64,000 nucleotides of DNA, from assembly GCA_017499595.2 (NCBI GenBank), contig CM038998.1, positions 3,658,001 through 3,722,000 of the forward strand, read 5' to 3'. Position numbers and translations under genes: made by a program. Shown here piece by piece: positions 35,912-48,749 of the stretch (within the stretch, counting starts at the first letter, position 1; each line of letters starts with the position of its first letter). Source of the stretch: Psilocybe cubensis. Taxonomy: Eukaryota. The notes beneath the pieces were generated by a model. The model did not search any database and was not told where the DNA came from. It saw only the letters and a list, made by a program, of their open reading frames with translations.

Positions 35912-38050
35912 CATAGCTGCTTTGCAAGAGACTAATGGTTTGGTTTTTGCAATCTTGTGTGATTTGAATACCAAGAATCCAGCTGATGGGTCCTAAGTCC
36001 ATCATAGTGTACTTGTCATTGATGTAAACCTTGTAAGTGTCAAATAGTTTTTGAGATGCTTCCATGATTGTGCAGTCATTGATATGGATGGCAAAAATGA
36101 CAGAATCTTGTGGTCTTTTTGCCAAAAAAATCCTATTGTCATATTCAGTTCATTGAAACCCAAGATTGTTAAGTGCAGTATATGAAGATTTGTACTAAGT
36201 ATAGCCTCTTTGTTTGAGGCCATATAATGCTTTCTTGAGTTAAGCAATATGTTTTTAAGTATTGAAGTCAAAACCAGATAGTAAAGCCATGTATATTTCC
36301 TCCCCAAGTTCTCTGTTGAAAAAAGCACTGTTAAAGTCAAAGATCTTGATAGGCCAGTTTTTGCAAGCGGCAATGGTAAAGATAGTGTGTAAACTTGCCC
36401 TTTTGGCAACTAGTGCAAAGGTTTCTATGTAATTGACTCCATAGACTTGAGTAAAGCCACAAGCAACAAGTCATGCTTTATATTTTTTGATACAGCCAGC
36501 TGAGTCCTTCTTGATGCAAAAAATTTACTTGCACCCAACAATGTTCTTGCTATTTGGGTGTGAAACAATGGTCTAGGTGTTGATAGCACTGAAAGAATCC
36601 AATTCCTTTTTCATTGCCTCCTCCCACATTGGCCAGTCTAATCTTTCCCTTGCTTTTTCCACAGTCCTTGAATCCAATTTTTCTGCCCCCATCATTGCTA
36701 TTCTCATAGCAAATTATGCTCCCTCTAACTCTAAGTCTTTTTTGTCATCCAAGGTGGCTGCAACTTTGTAATTCTTGTGTCTATTTTCCTTGTAGCTGAC
36801 TCAGCCGTTTTGATAATTGGGGTCACTTTGAATGTGTCCAGAACAATGAGGTTTGGCAGATAATAGTGTAACAGGTAGTGATATAGGTAATGGAGATTGT
36901 GATGCAGATTCTGGTGATGGTTTTATGACAGGAGAGTTTGAATTTTCATCAATCCCCCCTCAAACAGAGTGTTATTAGTATTAGAAATGATGGCTTTGTT
37001 CATGTCAAATTTGATGTTGTATTCAATAGAAACAGTATGCTAAGATGGCCAGTATATGCAATGCGCATATGTATTTTCTTCATCAAATCCTACACATTTT
37101 CTAACATCCAACTGCCCCTCCAATTTTCCGTTATTCTTCTTGTGTACCCATACTTTCTTTCTCCACTCCAGTAGGTTGGCCAAGTTGGGTTTGCAACCAT
37201 TAAATGCCTCAAATGGTGTCAAATCTTTGAGAGCTTGTATTAATGTTTGATTTTTTAACCAGATGGCATGCATGATAGCTTTTCCCCATAGATTTTTAGG
37301 GAGACCACTCTGGTAGAGCATGGCATGCACACATTTGAAGAGTTGACAGTTTAAGGACTCCGCAATACTATTGTGCTCAGGAGTATTGTGAGTAGTAAAT
37401 TGGTGCTTGGTCTCTTTTGACTTAAGATGGTTGCAAAATTTGCTGCTGAGATATTCTCCTCCACAATTGCTATGTAATTGTTTGATTTTTGTGCTATATT
37501 GAGTTGCCGCTTATGCTTTGAAATCTTTGTACGCCTGAAAAGTATCATTTTTTCCAGCAAGCAGCACAAGTTGGGTGTATTGGGTGCTATCATTGGTAAA
37601 TGAGACATAATATTTTTTGTGCTTGATGGTCTGTATTTCAACCGGTCTTTATATGTCCAAGTGGATCTCATCTCTAAATTTCTTTGCCTGTTTCTCCACC
37701 CTTGCCTTTCTAATTGTCTTCCATGTTGTTTTTGTATACTTGCACAAATCACACATCTTTATATTCTCCTCATCTACCAATTCTACCCCTATAAATTGCT
37801 TTTCCTTCACCAGCCTCTTCATGGTGTTCTGCAAGATGTGATCCATCCTGCAATACATTTATATCAAAATAACTTTGTGGTTAGTGTAATGGCACTGGAA
37901 ACGGACTCTTTGTGATCCACGCAATAGAGGCTGTTTGATGTAACATGTATGTATCCAATCCAGGTTTGCTTGTTATAAAAAATATAGCAAAAGTTAGAGC
38001 AAAATAATGTGGAATAATTGGCTGCTTTTAACATGAATTTTAAGTTCACT
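35912..38050 (-). mobile_element. Degraded Ty1/copia fragment, family D (integrase to RT)
   Basis: HAMLYQSGLPKNLWGKA, MCDLCKY, IHIND, MDLGPISWILGIQI. No LTRs recognised. Confidence 0.8.
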
Positions 38051-38569
38051 TGGGTTTCACCAGATAGTCAAATATTGAGTTATTCTAGTTATTCAATGAA
38101 TTCAAGATTTTAATCAATTTGTTATGTTTTCCACAAGTTTCCTCAAGTGCAAATAGAGGCAGGTATGTTTGGGAATATTGGAAATGTGTTTTGAAGAAGT
38201 TAATCTGAAAAAAATATTTATTAGTAATTTATATGTTTGAGTTACACACCTAAAGCTTGTATTTAGAGTAGCAATTTGACGGGCGGTTTAGACTATTGAA
38301 TGGAACTGACAGACGGAATTGACGGACAGACAGATGGTTAGACTGAACTGACTGAAAGTTTAAACAAGCTGATTGCTTTAGAAAGAAATACTGTATTTAT
38401 AATGATTCAATACTCTTTATAACAGACAAGCAGAGTTTAGGTAGTATAAGTATATTGCAAAAAATAACTAGCAATTACAGGGTTTGAGCAAGTTTGGGGT
38501 GCTATTAAAAAGGGAAACTTCACTACTGCCCAAAAATTTCTGAGCCTTTATATACCTTTTCCTATGCTT

Positions 38570-41500
38570 ACATAATTATAATAGCAATTTCTATATAGGG
38601 ATAGGCTGACTAAACTCTAAACCTCATTACCAATCCATTTCTATTGTTCTGGCTAATTTTGGCAGAGTGCATAAGCATTGGGTAGTTGTTTATAAGTATT
38701 TCTATTGTGTTCACTAAGCACTAAGCAGGAGATTACTAATATGTGTCATTGTCCTGGTAGAGCCTAGCCAGACCCTCAGCTGTAATGGTTTTACGGCAAG
38801 GGATAATACAAACCATCTTACTAAGTCTGTCCACTACAACAAAGATTGCTATATAGCCTGATAATCTGGGAAAGTCAACAATGAGGTTGACCAAGATAAC
38901 ATCCCAGTTTCAATCCAAAATGGTGTTTGGTATTAGGAAGCTGTGGGGTTTTTGACAAAGTGGCTTGCAACATTGATAGGCTACACAGCTGTCTACATAG
39001 CAGTGGGCGATACTATCACAGCTACTTCAAGTACCAAGGCCCCTAAACCCGTTCATAATGCTTTTTTTTTGAAACCCATAAATCCTTTTCATTCCCACTT
39101 CATTAATAAATTTCCTACACTTCCTACACCCTTTTAAACAAGCCTTTGACAACTCCTTTAATATATATAAAACCACCTTCATAAAAATATCTATATATTT
39201 TTGTTTATTTTACCACTCATTTAATCTTTAACTACCCTTCTACGAGTAATCCGAGTACTACCCATGTCACCATCTTTCTCAATCTAGTCAATGCGACTCA
39301 AAATACGTGCACACAAAACATGCATGCGGTTTAGATCACACGTATACGAATCAAGACATACACGCACTAATCAACATCAGATTACCAAGCCAAAGATCGG
39401 ACATTAGCGGCGGACTTGGAAATTGAAAAGCTTTATTCCCACAAGCACTGAACTTGCACATACAAACACAAACTTGGCCATAATTCTATCCTCAAGCTTG
39501 CGTAAGGCGCTCTACTCAAGTCAAAAGCTACTAGCACTTATGACTCCATCCCCAATGGCCGAGTAAGTCTAAGACAAAGGGCAGTAAATGTAGCTATACA
39601 TCCCCAATCTGCTTAAATACAGAGCATGTATCTAGTTAGAGAATACATCTTTTCACAACTCAAAACAAGTCGATCACCAATAAAACCTTTAGTATATTTT
39701 TGTAACTTACTGCTTCGTGCTAAGTCAAAACTACTATAAACCCGATAGTCTTTCTACTGCTTTGCACTAGAAACACTACGGTTGAAGCACTCCATATATC
39801 CTATTAGGCAGCCTATTTTGCTCTCAGAGGGAACAAACTACTCAAACTCTTCAAACATAGCTCTCGTACTTTATGCTTGATCATTCATTCAGATTGCTCA
39901 TAATACACAGTTTACAACAAGAGTCGGCCACTAGTAGTTCCGGAGCACTAATTTGACTGTCTTTGCACAACCAGGATGACCTGCAGAGATGGCATTGTGG
40001 TTAGCCTGGAGAACACGTTGATGGAGATTGCCTTTGTCCGGCACATAGATCCTGTTGTGCCAGATAATGACACCATTGACAAATGCCCAGCCGTTGGAAT
40101 TATAGTGACAATTGTACATCTTAGAGAGCTGGTGTTTGTGCTGTTTGATCTTGGTCAGGAATGGGGAATCGGATAGGTCAACATGGGTCTGGCAGATGAG
40201 GTGCACTTTTAAAAGGGTCACATCAGCATTGTCATCGTGACCCTTCTCATAGTTAGGACAATAAGATAGGGCGTTGGCGCACATCATCCTGGCACCAGGT
40301 TTGTGGACAAGAATGAAGTTGTATTCCAAAAGTTTGAGGAACCAACGGGCCTGACAATGGTTGAGCTTCTGGTTGGTCATGAAATATTGCAGGTTGCAGT
40401 GGTCAGACAAGATTTCAATAGGAGTAAGTGAGCTATGCAAATAATAACGCCAATTTTCCAACAAGCGCATAATGGATAGCAGTTCACAATTGTGAATGTT
40501 GTAGTTGTGTTTAACTTCTGAAAGCGACTTAAAGGAGAAAACAACGGAGCGCCATATAGAATCTTGCAGTTGGAAAAGGACCGTACCTATTGCAAACTCA
40601 GAACTATCTGCCTCGATGCAGAATGGGTATGGTTGAGGGGGAGGGCAAGTACAGGACTCGAAGTGGCTGCGGAACGTAGCTGGTCAAAGGCAAGGTTGTG
40701 TGAGTTGGACTACTCCCAAGTTGATTTCCAACAGAGACAGTTGAGGAGAGCCGCCAGCTTTGCAAACAAGCAGATGAATTGGCAATAAAAGTTGCAAAAT
40801 CCAAGGAATTGTTGGACATCCTTCTTTGACTTGGAGACCGGCTACTCTTTGATTGCAACAACCTTCTTTAGGTCCATGTAAAGGCAGCCTTCAGAGACAA
40901 TAATGCACAAAAACTCTACTTCCGACTTCTCAAACTTGCATTTTTCTGGCTTTAGATAGAGGTTGTTGTCTTTCAGTATCTGCAGCACTTTGTTGACCAG
41001 ACATCAATGTTCCACTAGGTCGTTAGAGAAAATTAAGATGTCATTCATGTAGATTATGACATGCCCTTTGTTGATGAGTGTTTTAAAGAGATCATTTATC
41101 ATGTTTTGAAATGTGGCCGGAGAGTTGCACAGTCCAAAATATATAACCAAGGGTTCAAAAAGACCGCAGTTGGTAATAAAGGCCACGTTATGTTCATTGC
41201 CCTTGCAAATGCAAACATTGTTGTAGCCCCATCTGATGTCAAGCTTAGTAAAGTACTTTGCCCCCTTGAGCTTGTCTATTAGCTCCAAGATGAGAGGCAG
41301 CAGATAGCAATTACGGATGGTCATCTCGTTAAGCTTGCAATAATCTTGGAAAGAGCGCAGGGAACCGTCTTTCTTCTTGACAAAGAAGAAGGGCAAAGCA
41401 AAGGGTAATATTGACGGCCGGATTCTACCTATGCATAACTCTTTGTTAAGAAACTCATTGGTAGCGGTGGATTCAACTGGAAAAAGGGGGTAGATTTTAG

Positions 41501-42134
41501 CCTTGATGGTCTGGGCATCCGGTTGGAGGTTGATGGTATGGTCTCAGGGACATTGGGGTGGCAGTCTATCAAATTCGGACTTCTCAAACACTGGGGCAAA
41601 GTGTGTGTAGTTTTGTTAGCTCATTAATGTTGACACAAAGCAACTTGTTGCTAGGGTCAATGGACTCACTCACAGATAGCTCTTGCCCATTCCTCCACGG
41701 TTGGCGCATCTTCCTTGGGGGCAGCCTTATCATCGTCATCACAGCCGTCATCATGCTCCGCACAGGAGGCAATGCAACACTGCACGTTAGCATCAGGATG
41801 GGCCTGACAAACAATATCAGAGCCACAGGACAGGGGACAGTGGGAGAAATACAGTCTGGCAAGCTTCCAGTCAATGTTTGGGTTGTGGAAGCGGAGCCAC
41901 AAGAGGCCGAGAATGACATTGGAAGAGCCTGTATTGGTGATAGAGAGGCACAGATTCTTGACATGGTCTCCAATAGTGATTTGGAGTGTAACTGTATGCG
42001 TGATTGAACCTGCACTATTGTGTGAACCATCAACATTATAGACTGTGATGGGGTGAGGCAGGGGCGTGAGTTCAGTATTGAGGTGAGCAGCAAATTTGGA
42101 ATCAATGTAGCAGCCAGAAGCACTGCTGTTAAGC
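38570..42134 (-). mobile_element. pol: Degraded Ty3/gypsy pol, family E (PR-RT-RH-INT)
   Basis: PFFFVKKKDGSLR, KLDIRWGYNNV, YMNDILI, ILSDHCNLQYF, GHPG, VVVDRLSKM. Cut at the protease active site by the foldback element at 42135. Confidence 0.9.
39000..39900. other. Unassigned ~0.9-kb non-coding insertion in the gypsy E integrase (possible solo LTR)
   Basis: The integrase frame (..WPTLVVNCVL / YVDSCVA..) is interrupted here. No clean TSD found. Confidence 0.5.
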
Positions 42135-44807
42135 CACTAGTACCTACCACTTTTTATGATAAAATATAAGCAGATGCTAGCACCCTCATATTTATTTTTC
42201 TAGCCAAGGGTTAATTAATATAAAATTCTAATAACAAGTTATGATATGAATTAAATTTTTCTTTTCATTCTTGTCAGACAGATTTATCATATTTTGCTAT
42301 AAATCTATCATAACTTGCCATAAATTTATCATATATAGATAGATATTAGATATGGAAATTAATGATATATATCATTAAACACATGGCAATATTATGATAT
42401 AGAATGATATGAAAATTATGATATAGGGTCTATTAGACAGATTTATCATTATTTGCCATAAAATATATCATTAGCAAATGATATAGCCAATATTAGCTAA
42501 ATTATACTTATCTTATCTTAGATTATCTATCAGATAATGATTATCTAACAGGCTATCTTATTAGATAGTACCTAGTTATTTTTATAAAGATCTGATCTAG
42601 GCATCTATATCAATGACATCACTGCTTAGCCTTCTCTTTTGCTCCAGCCCCTGGCTCTATAAATAGAGCTCATCCTATGCTACTTTTGGGCATTGCTGGC
42701 AATAGATTGGGCGCTTTTGGGAGCATTTCTGGACCATTTTCCTTGGTTTTTTTTGGTAGACCTATAGTTTTAAAGTGTTCCAATCCAATTCTGAAATTAG
42801 AATTGCAATATCTTTGCTCATTACTATGTAATTAAGCGTACAATGTTTTATTCAAAAAGCGCACTTTGAATAGCACCCTCCAAGGGCTGGCATGTACCTT
42901 TTTGACTATGCCATTATTTATTATTTATGTTGGACGGAGTACATGCCAAGTTACAGCTCAATTGGAGCACTGAAACCTATTGAACTAAGATATGCACCCT
43001 ACCCCTCCTCCTACCCCTTGTACAAATGCCTTCCTGATCAGATAAATTTATGCCCAACCAGGGCTGGGTAGGCGTCCATTATACCAATTTTTAGAGTCTA
43101 AAATCTTGGTGCAATTCCAAAATTTAAGAGTACTATCCCCTATCCTCTCTAGAATTTGTATGTTTTATTATGGGATAGAATGGCCATTTCTAGCACATAT
43201 AGGTATGTAAATCTGCTCTATATAGTACCACAGACGTAATACATATCTTTGAAACATTCAGAATGAAGGAGAACACCTTGGTGATAAGGCTAATAAGATA
43301 GTATTGGATATGCAACATAATATGACCATATCACTGCTTATACTTCACCAAAATGCACATATCTTACATTCACAGATAGCTACTAAGGTTCCCTACATAT
43401 TATATTCATCCTGTTAAATGGCCAGAACGCTTAACAAGATGGTACAAGAAGAATAAGCATTATTGTTCAAAAATGGAGAAAAAGCAAAATTGATGTAAAA
43501 AATAACATTTATAAAATACATAAACTATACAGCTGTGTAGCCCTAAATTACGCCTATCTGTGGTATATAGACTCATGGAAATCCAATGAGTATAAGCTGA
43601 GATATATCAAAATGTATCTCGGAGAAAGGCCAAAGAGGTGATCACAAACAAAGCATAAATAAAGGCCAATATCCATCTGGGTCTCTGATGGGTTCTTCAA
43701 TACCTTTCTTTCCATATTTCAACAACCACTGGTCCGATGCACAACATCCTTGATGTTTTAGATAGCTACAATTTGAGGCTATACTATTCTGCTTTTATAT
43801 TTCCTAATCATAAACATTTATTTATGGTAAATGCAAAAATACTGTGCATTTTAATAAAGAATGATATTCTCTCTACAGTATCTCATCTGATGGATGGATC
43901 TTTTTGAGCACTAAGAATGATATTTAGGAGGCGTTTATAGGTATATGTAGACATCAAGAATATAATTTATGATGAAGTATTTATAGAAATATGGCCTGAT
44001 CAATAACCTACCATACTTCTTCTCATACCCTCTCTTAAATCAGTATGTTTCCTTGTTGAAGATGGCTTTCAAGGCTAAATTCTGTATTTTATATACTGTT
44101 AGTAGTAGATCTACATGTCTTTCAATGGTCTAAGAGTCTATCCTATCCCATAATAAAATACACAAGTTCTGGAGGGAGTGGGGAGTAGTACCCGTAAATC
44201 TTAGAGTTGCACCAAGGTTTTAGGCTCTAAAAATTAGTATAATAGGCTCATAACCAATACTAGCTGGGCTTGAATTTATCTAATCAGGAAGGCATTCATA
44301 CAAGGAGTAGGAGGAGGGGTAGGGTGCATATTCTAGTTCAATAGGTTCTAGTGCTCCAATTGAGCTGTAACTTGGCATGTACTCCGTCCAACATAAATAA
44401 TAAATAATGGCATAGTCAAAAGGGTACATGCCAGCCCCTGGAGGGTGCTATTCAAAGTGCGCTTTTTGAACAAAATATTGTACGCTTAATTGCACAGTAA
44501 TAAGCAAAGATATTGTAATTCTAATTTCAGAATTGGATTGGGACACTTTAAAACTATAGGTCTACCAAAGAAAACCAAGGGAAACGGTCTAGAAATGCTC
44601 CCAAAAGCGCCCAATCCATTGCCAGCAATGCCCAAAAGTAGCATAGGATGAGCTCTATTTATAGAGCCAGGGGCTGAGGCAAAAGAGAAGGCTAAGCAGT
44701 GATGTCATTGATATAGATGCCTAGATCAGATCTTTATAAAAATAACTAGGTACTATCTAATAAGATAGCTTGTTAGATAATCATTATCTGATAGATAATC
44801 TAAGATA
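42135..44807. mobile_element. Foldback (long-TIR) non-autonomous DNA element, copy FB1 (right arm truncated)
   Basis: Starts CACTAGTACCTACCACTTTTTATGATAAAA. Arm 42514-43048 is inverted at 44273-44807. Inner arms and core are homologous to FB2. Confidence 0.85.
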
Positions 44808-45023
44808 CAGTGGGCAAAAAAACTGTTTGAGTGTTGGTCACATATGAAAAGATTAATTTATAACTTTGAAATTAAAAATGTTAAAAATATGAGATTATTC
44901 ACAGATATACTATATGGTATTAGCTAAAGGATGGCACACTGATCATGTGATTTTTCCAAGAATTGACCAAACAGGAGCATATACAGTTTGCTAAGTCATT
45001 CGAACAGTTTTTATCTTCCATTT
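44808..45023. mobile_element. Possible Tc1/mariner-like terminus or MITE truncating FB1
   Basis: TA|CAGTGGGCAAAAAAACTGTTTGAGTG, with a weak inverted match CATTCGAACAGTTTTT at about 44997-45012. Confidence 0.35.
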
Positions 45024-45584
45024 CAAGCAAGCTCTACGCCCTGACTTGCTAAGGGAGTGCACTTGAGTCTTTCCTGCCCCCACAATCTGGGCGGAATGGC
45101 ACAGGGTTGCTCTTAAACAATCTTATCGCTTGTTGGAATGGAAGTTGATGCAACCCTTGCACATGCACAACGCAACACGTACCGCCCTCCACATCTCAGA
45201 AATGCCTCCACAACTTCCACCCTCACCAACACCACCCCACCCTCCTTTGCCCCAGCTAAACCATCTGTTATTACCAACAATCCTATCCTAACCCCACATG
45301 CAACTCTACCTCAACCAACCACCGCCACTAACACCTTGCGCCTCCACGTTGACCCGGCAACTGTCAACTGCCACAACTGTGGCACCCAGTGCCACTTTGC
45401 TCGTAACTGCCCCCGCCTTTACAATGCCCAATTTTATCGCAACGCCTGCAACCGTCTCTTGCAAGCCCGCAACCTCATTGAAGAGTTTGCTTCACTCCCA
45501 GACAAGGAGAGAGAGGAGATTTTTAAAGCCGTCAAGGATGAGGAGAAGGAGGTCACTCCCAAGGATTTTGTACAAGCTGCCGAG
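45024..45584 (+). pseudogene. gag: Ty3/gypsy gag C-terminal fragment
   Basis: MEVD motif, CHNCGTQCHFARNC zinc knuckle, and a KDF end. Confidence 0.8.
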
Positions 45585-45816
45585 TGTTAGATATGTTTTT
45601 GACAGTTAATGAGTTCCTGTCTGTATGTCATGCCACAATACAATGGTTTCCTCACCATCAAACCACATTACCCTCTAAGATAAACCTTCCTATTCCTTCT
45701 ACCCAATGTCATGTAGACCCCATTCCTCTTTTTCCTACTCTTCCTTGTGCTGTATGTATAAAAAATATCTGTGGTGGTCTTGCCACCACAATAATGACAA
45801 GGTGTGTAATTCAACA
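45585..45816 (-). repeat. 3' LTR of degraded copia family G
   Basis: TGTTAG...TCAACA with adjacent PPT (CTCCCCCTCA on plus, 45817-45826). No partner LTR found. Confidence 0.65.
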
Positions 45817-47550
45817 CTCCCCCTCAAACCAAAGTTAATTTTGGTGTATAAAGTTGTACTTGTATGGAAAACAAGAGTATTATGCTCCTAAGACTAATAC
45901 CAAATAGTGGCCAGATTACGTGCAAATCATACACAGCATATGTAACCCTATAGTATTAGTCTTGGGCATGCTTTTTTGATAAGAATTATATTCTTTTTGT
46001 TATTTATTTTTGACTGCATACTATATATTCCAAATAATAAGATATGCTTTAACCAAACCTAATTTCTTTGATTCATAATTTTGTCTATATTCTCAACAAC
46101 ATGTAGGATAGTAGAAGCTTGGAGTATCAAATAACTAAAATCCTATCAATTCTTTAAAAAAAATTATTGGATGTTTTTAATCATCTCTATTTGCATGGGA
46201 TGTAATATTAAAAGAGGATGGAGTTAGGAATACTTAATATAGTATTTAGATCACACCTACTCATACCAATAGAAAGTAATACTAGTGTCATGTAAGAGCC
46301 ACTATTGATTAATACCAACTTATTCAATAACAACAATACCTCCATTATATTGCAAAAAATGTTTTTTTACATACTAATAGATTTAAGCACTTATCTGCTT
46401 GTTTAACTATTGCATTTGTAAATGCTTGTGGCATTACCAAAATCTTAAAAGATTTTATTCTTATTATGCTTACAGATTGACAAAACTTGTTTTTTGTTTT
46501 TTCTGCTTTATGTGCATCTCTTAAGCCTATATAGATTAAATCAAAAACCACTATATTTCCTTTATTGTCTACCAAAAAGGATGATAATTTTAATTTTCTT
46601 TCTATTGTCTATTATTAGCTTTTAAAAAAATTGAACAAGAGCTTGAAAGATGCTTATGTATATTTTTTTATATTTAAGGCTTCACAAATGACCATGAGCA
46701 TTAGGGCATGGTTAGTTTTTAACTATACTTCTTACATTAATTATTTATTTTTCTACTGTAGGATTTAATTTTAAAATGTTTTGGCCAAACCTAGCAAGTA
46801 ACAAACACCAACTTTTCAACCTAGATTTGACTTAAGTAGATAGTTGTAAGTTAGGCACAAGCTAATATATTTTGAATAATACTCAAATAAATCAATAAAT
46901 TTGTGTTGACCTCATTTTTCTTCTATATAGTATTGAAGTCATAACAGATCTAGCTTTTGAACTGCCTTTTGACTTGCTATATAATAAATTTGGCAATGTT
47001 GGAATAAATAATTATTTAGAATATAAGCTTCACACAAGTGTTATATATTAAGAGTATAATATAATACTTTTATGATGCAAAAATAGCAGATTATATTATT
47101 AAGTTGTGCTGCATTTAATATAAAGATGACATGTATTGGCTTGGTATCTTGATATTACATAATAAATCTTATATAAAACTTTTATTCCCATTTGTATCCA
47201 AAACACACCAAGAGTCAATTGCATGCACTTATTTATGAATAAACTATACTAATTTTCATAGTTAAAATAGCTAGCACTCTCTCTTTAAATATATTCAGAT
47301 GAAGTTTATCACATAAATTACATTGATTAATACTAAGAAGCTACATATATTAGCTAATTTTATCTATAAATACTGGGTTTGAGTCTAATACCATTGATTG
47401 TTTTTAACTTAATCTTTTGAAATTTTCTTGTTTGTAATATAAAAGTGTCACATGCTGGCATATTACATAAGCAGTAATGTTGCTTTGAATTTTGTAAATG
47501 ATTTGCAACTTATTTTGCTAGATTTGATAAAAAACTGGCTGTTATACACT
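45817..47550 (-). mobile_element. Extremely AT-rich relic, probably copia RT/RNase H
   Basis: Lies next to the PPT and LTR. Only faint motifs remain and boundaries are approximate. Confidence 0.45.
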
Positions 47551-47779
47551 TATTTTAAATTATAAAACATTTGTTTTAAAAATATATATTAATAATGTAA
47601 TATCCGTCAAGATGGACACTTTTAAGGTCTTTGTTTTTATGGATATTGGGGCTAAGTGGAGCTAGATTTTAAATTTTGAGTCATGTGGTTCTAATCATTT
47701 CTTGGGTACACATGTTTGCCTAGGCATTTTGGGAAGTTGTAAAAGAAAAGGCAAAAAATCTTTTTAGGAGAAAAAACAC

Positions 47780-48610
47780 AGTTCTGTCCTAAAGTCAGCA
47801 GCAGAACCTGTTAAAAAATATATTATTGTCACAAGAGGCAATGTATTTGCTAAAACAGTTGATAACAGTAGCTCTAGCCACAATCTTTGTTATTTGAATT
47901 TTGTTTTCCTTGTACAGACAATTAGCCTTGTGTCTAGGTAATAAAAAAGAAAAATTTGAAGCAGAAAGAGATACCAATGCGCATTAAATAGTTTTGCAAA
48001 ATTTCTGGAGCTCCAGTTTGTTGAGCCACATGTCCTTGCTAATGCGCATTAGGCTATGGAAAGAAACCAAACATAAAGTAACAAAAAGGATGTTATTGTA
48101 ATTGGGGGAAAGAAAAAAGTGTTGGACAGTTCCACCAACTCCAAGGAGGTAATAGCATAAGCTTGAGAAGTGGGCATAGCCCTGAGCTTTGTGCATCCTA
48201 TTAGTGTTTTAACAACAAGAAGATGTTTTTTCATGTTGCAAATCAATAGGTAGTAAGGCTCCAAATGATTAACAATGCCTGAAAAATAGGACTTTACAGA
48301 AAAAGATTTAATGTGATGGCATATATAGACAATAAAGAAACTTAAAGTATCTGGGGAAGGATTGGTGGCAAAATTATATGAATAGTAGAAAGAGAGATAA
48401 GAATTAAGCATAAATAAATAAGAGGCTGAAGAAGAGAAAGAAAGTTCAATAGTATGGCCCAGAGCAATGACATGGTATTGTTTAAGCTTGGAGAGGGGCT
48501 ATGCATCCCTAATAGGTTGTTGGGGTGGAACCAAAACAGCTGACATGTCAATCTTCTTCATACTTTAGTATCAAATGTGGTGGGTTGAAGAAAGAGATGG
48601 ACAGGGTAGG
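47780..48610 (-). pseudogene. DIRS/Ngaro-type element: end of RNase H and N-terminus of tyrosine recombinase
   Basis: QQPIRDA*PLSKL..IALGHTIE..LNSYLSF..PSPDTLSFFIVYICHHIKSFSVKSYFSGIVNHLEPYY..LVVKTLIGC resembles the basidiomycete YR N-terminal (SAM-like) region. Confidence 0.75.
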
Positions 48611-48749
48611 TGTTAGTATATTTTATTCATCTTCATCTTTTCTTCTTTGCTTTTCATTTCACTCATTATCTGGTTATTATCTTATCACCACTCTTCATCC
48701 AAAAGCCTCTATTCTTATTCAATTTAAGTAGTCATACTGCTGACCTTGT

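Noticed and set aside
38280-38360. Short degenerate GACAGACGG/GACTGAACT repeats
   Set aside because: Too short and irregular to assign.
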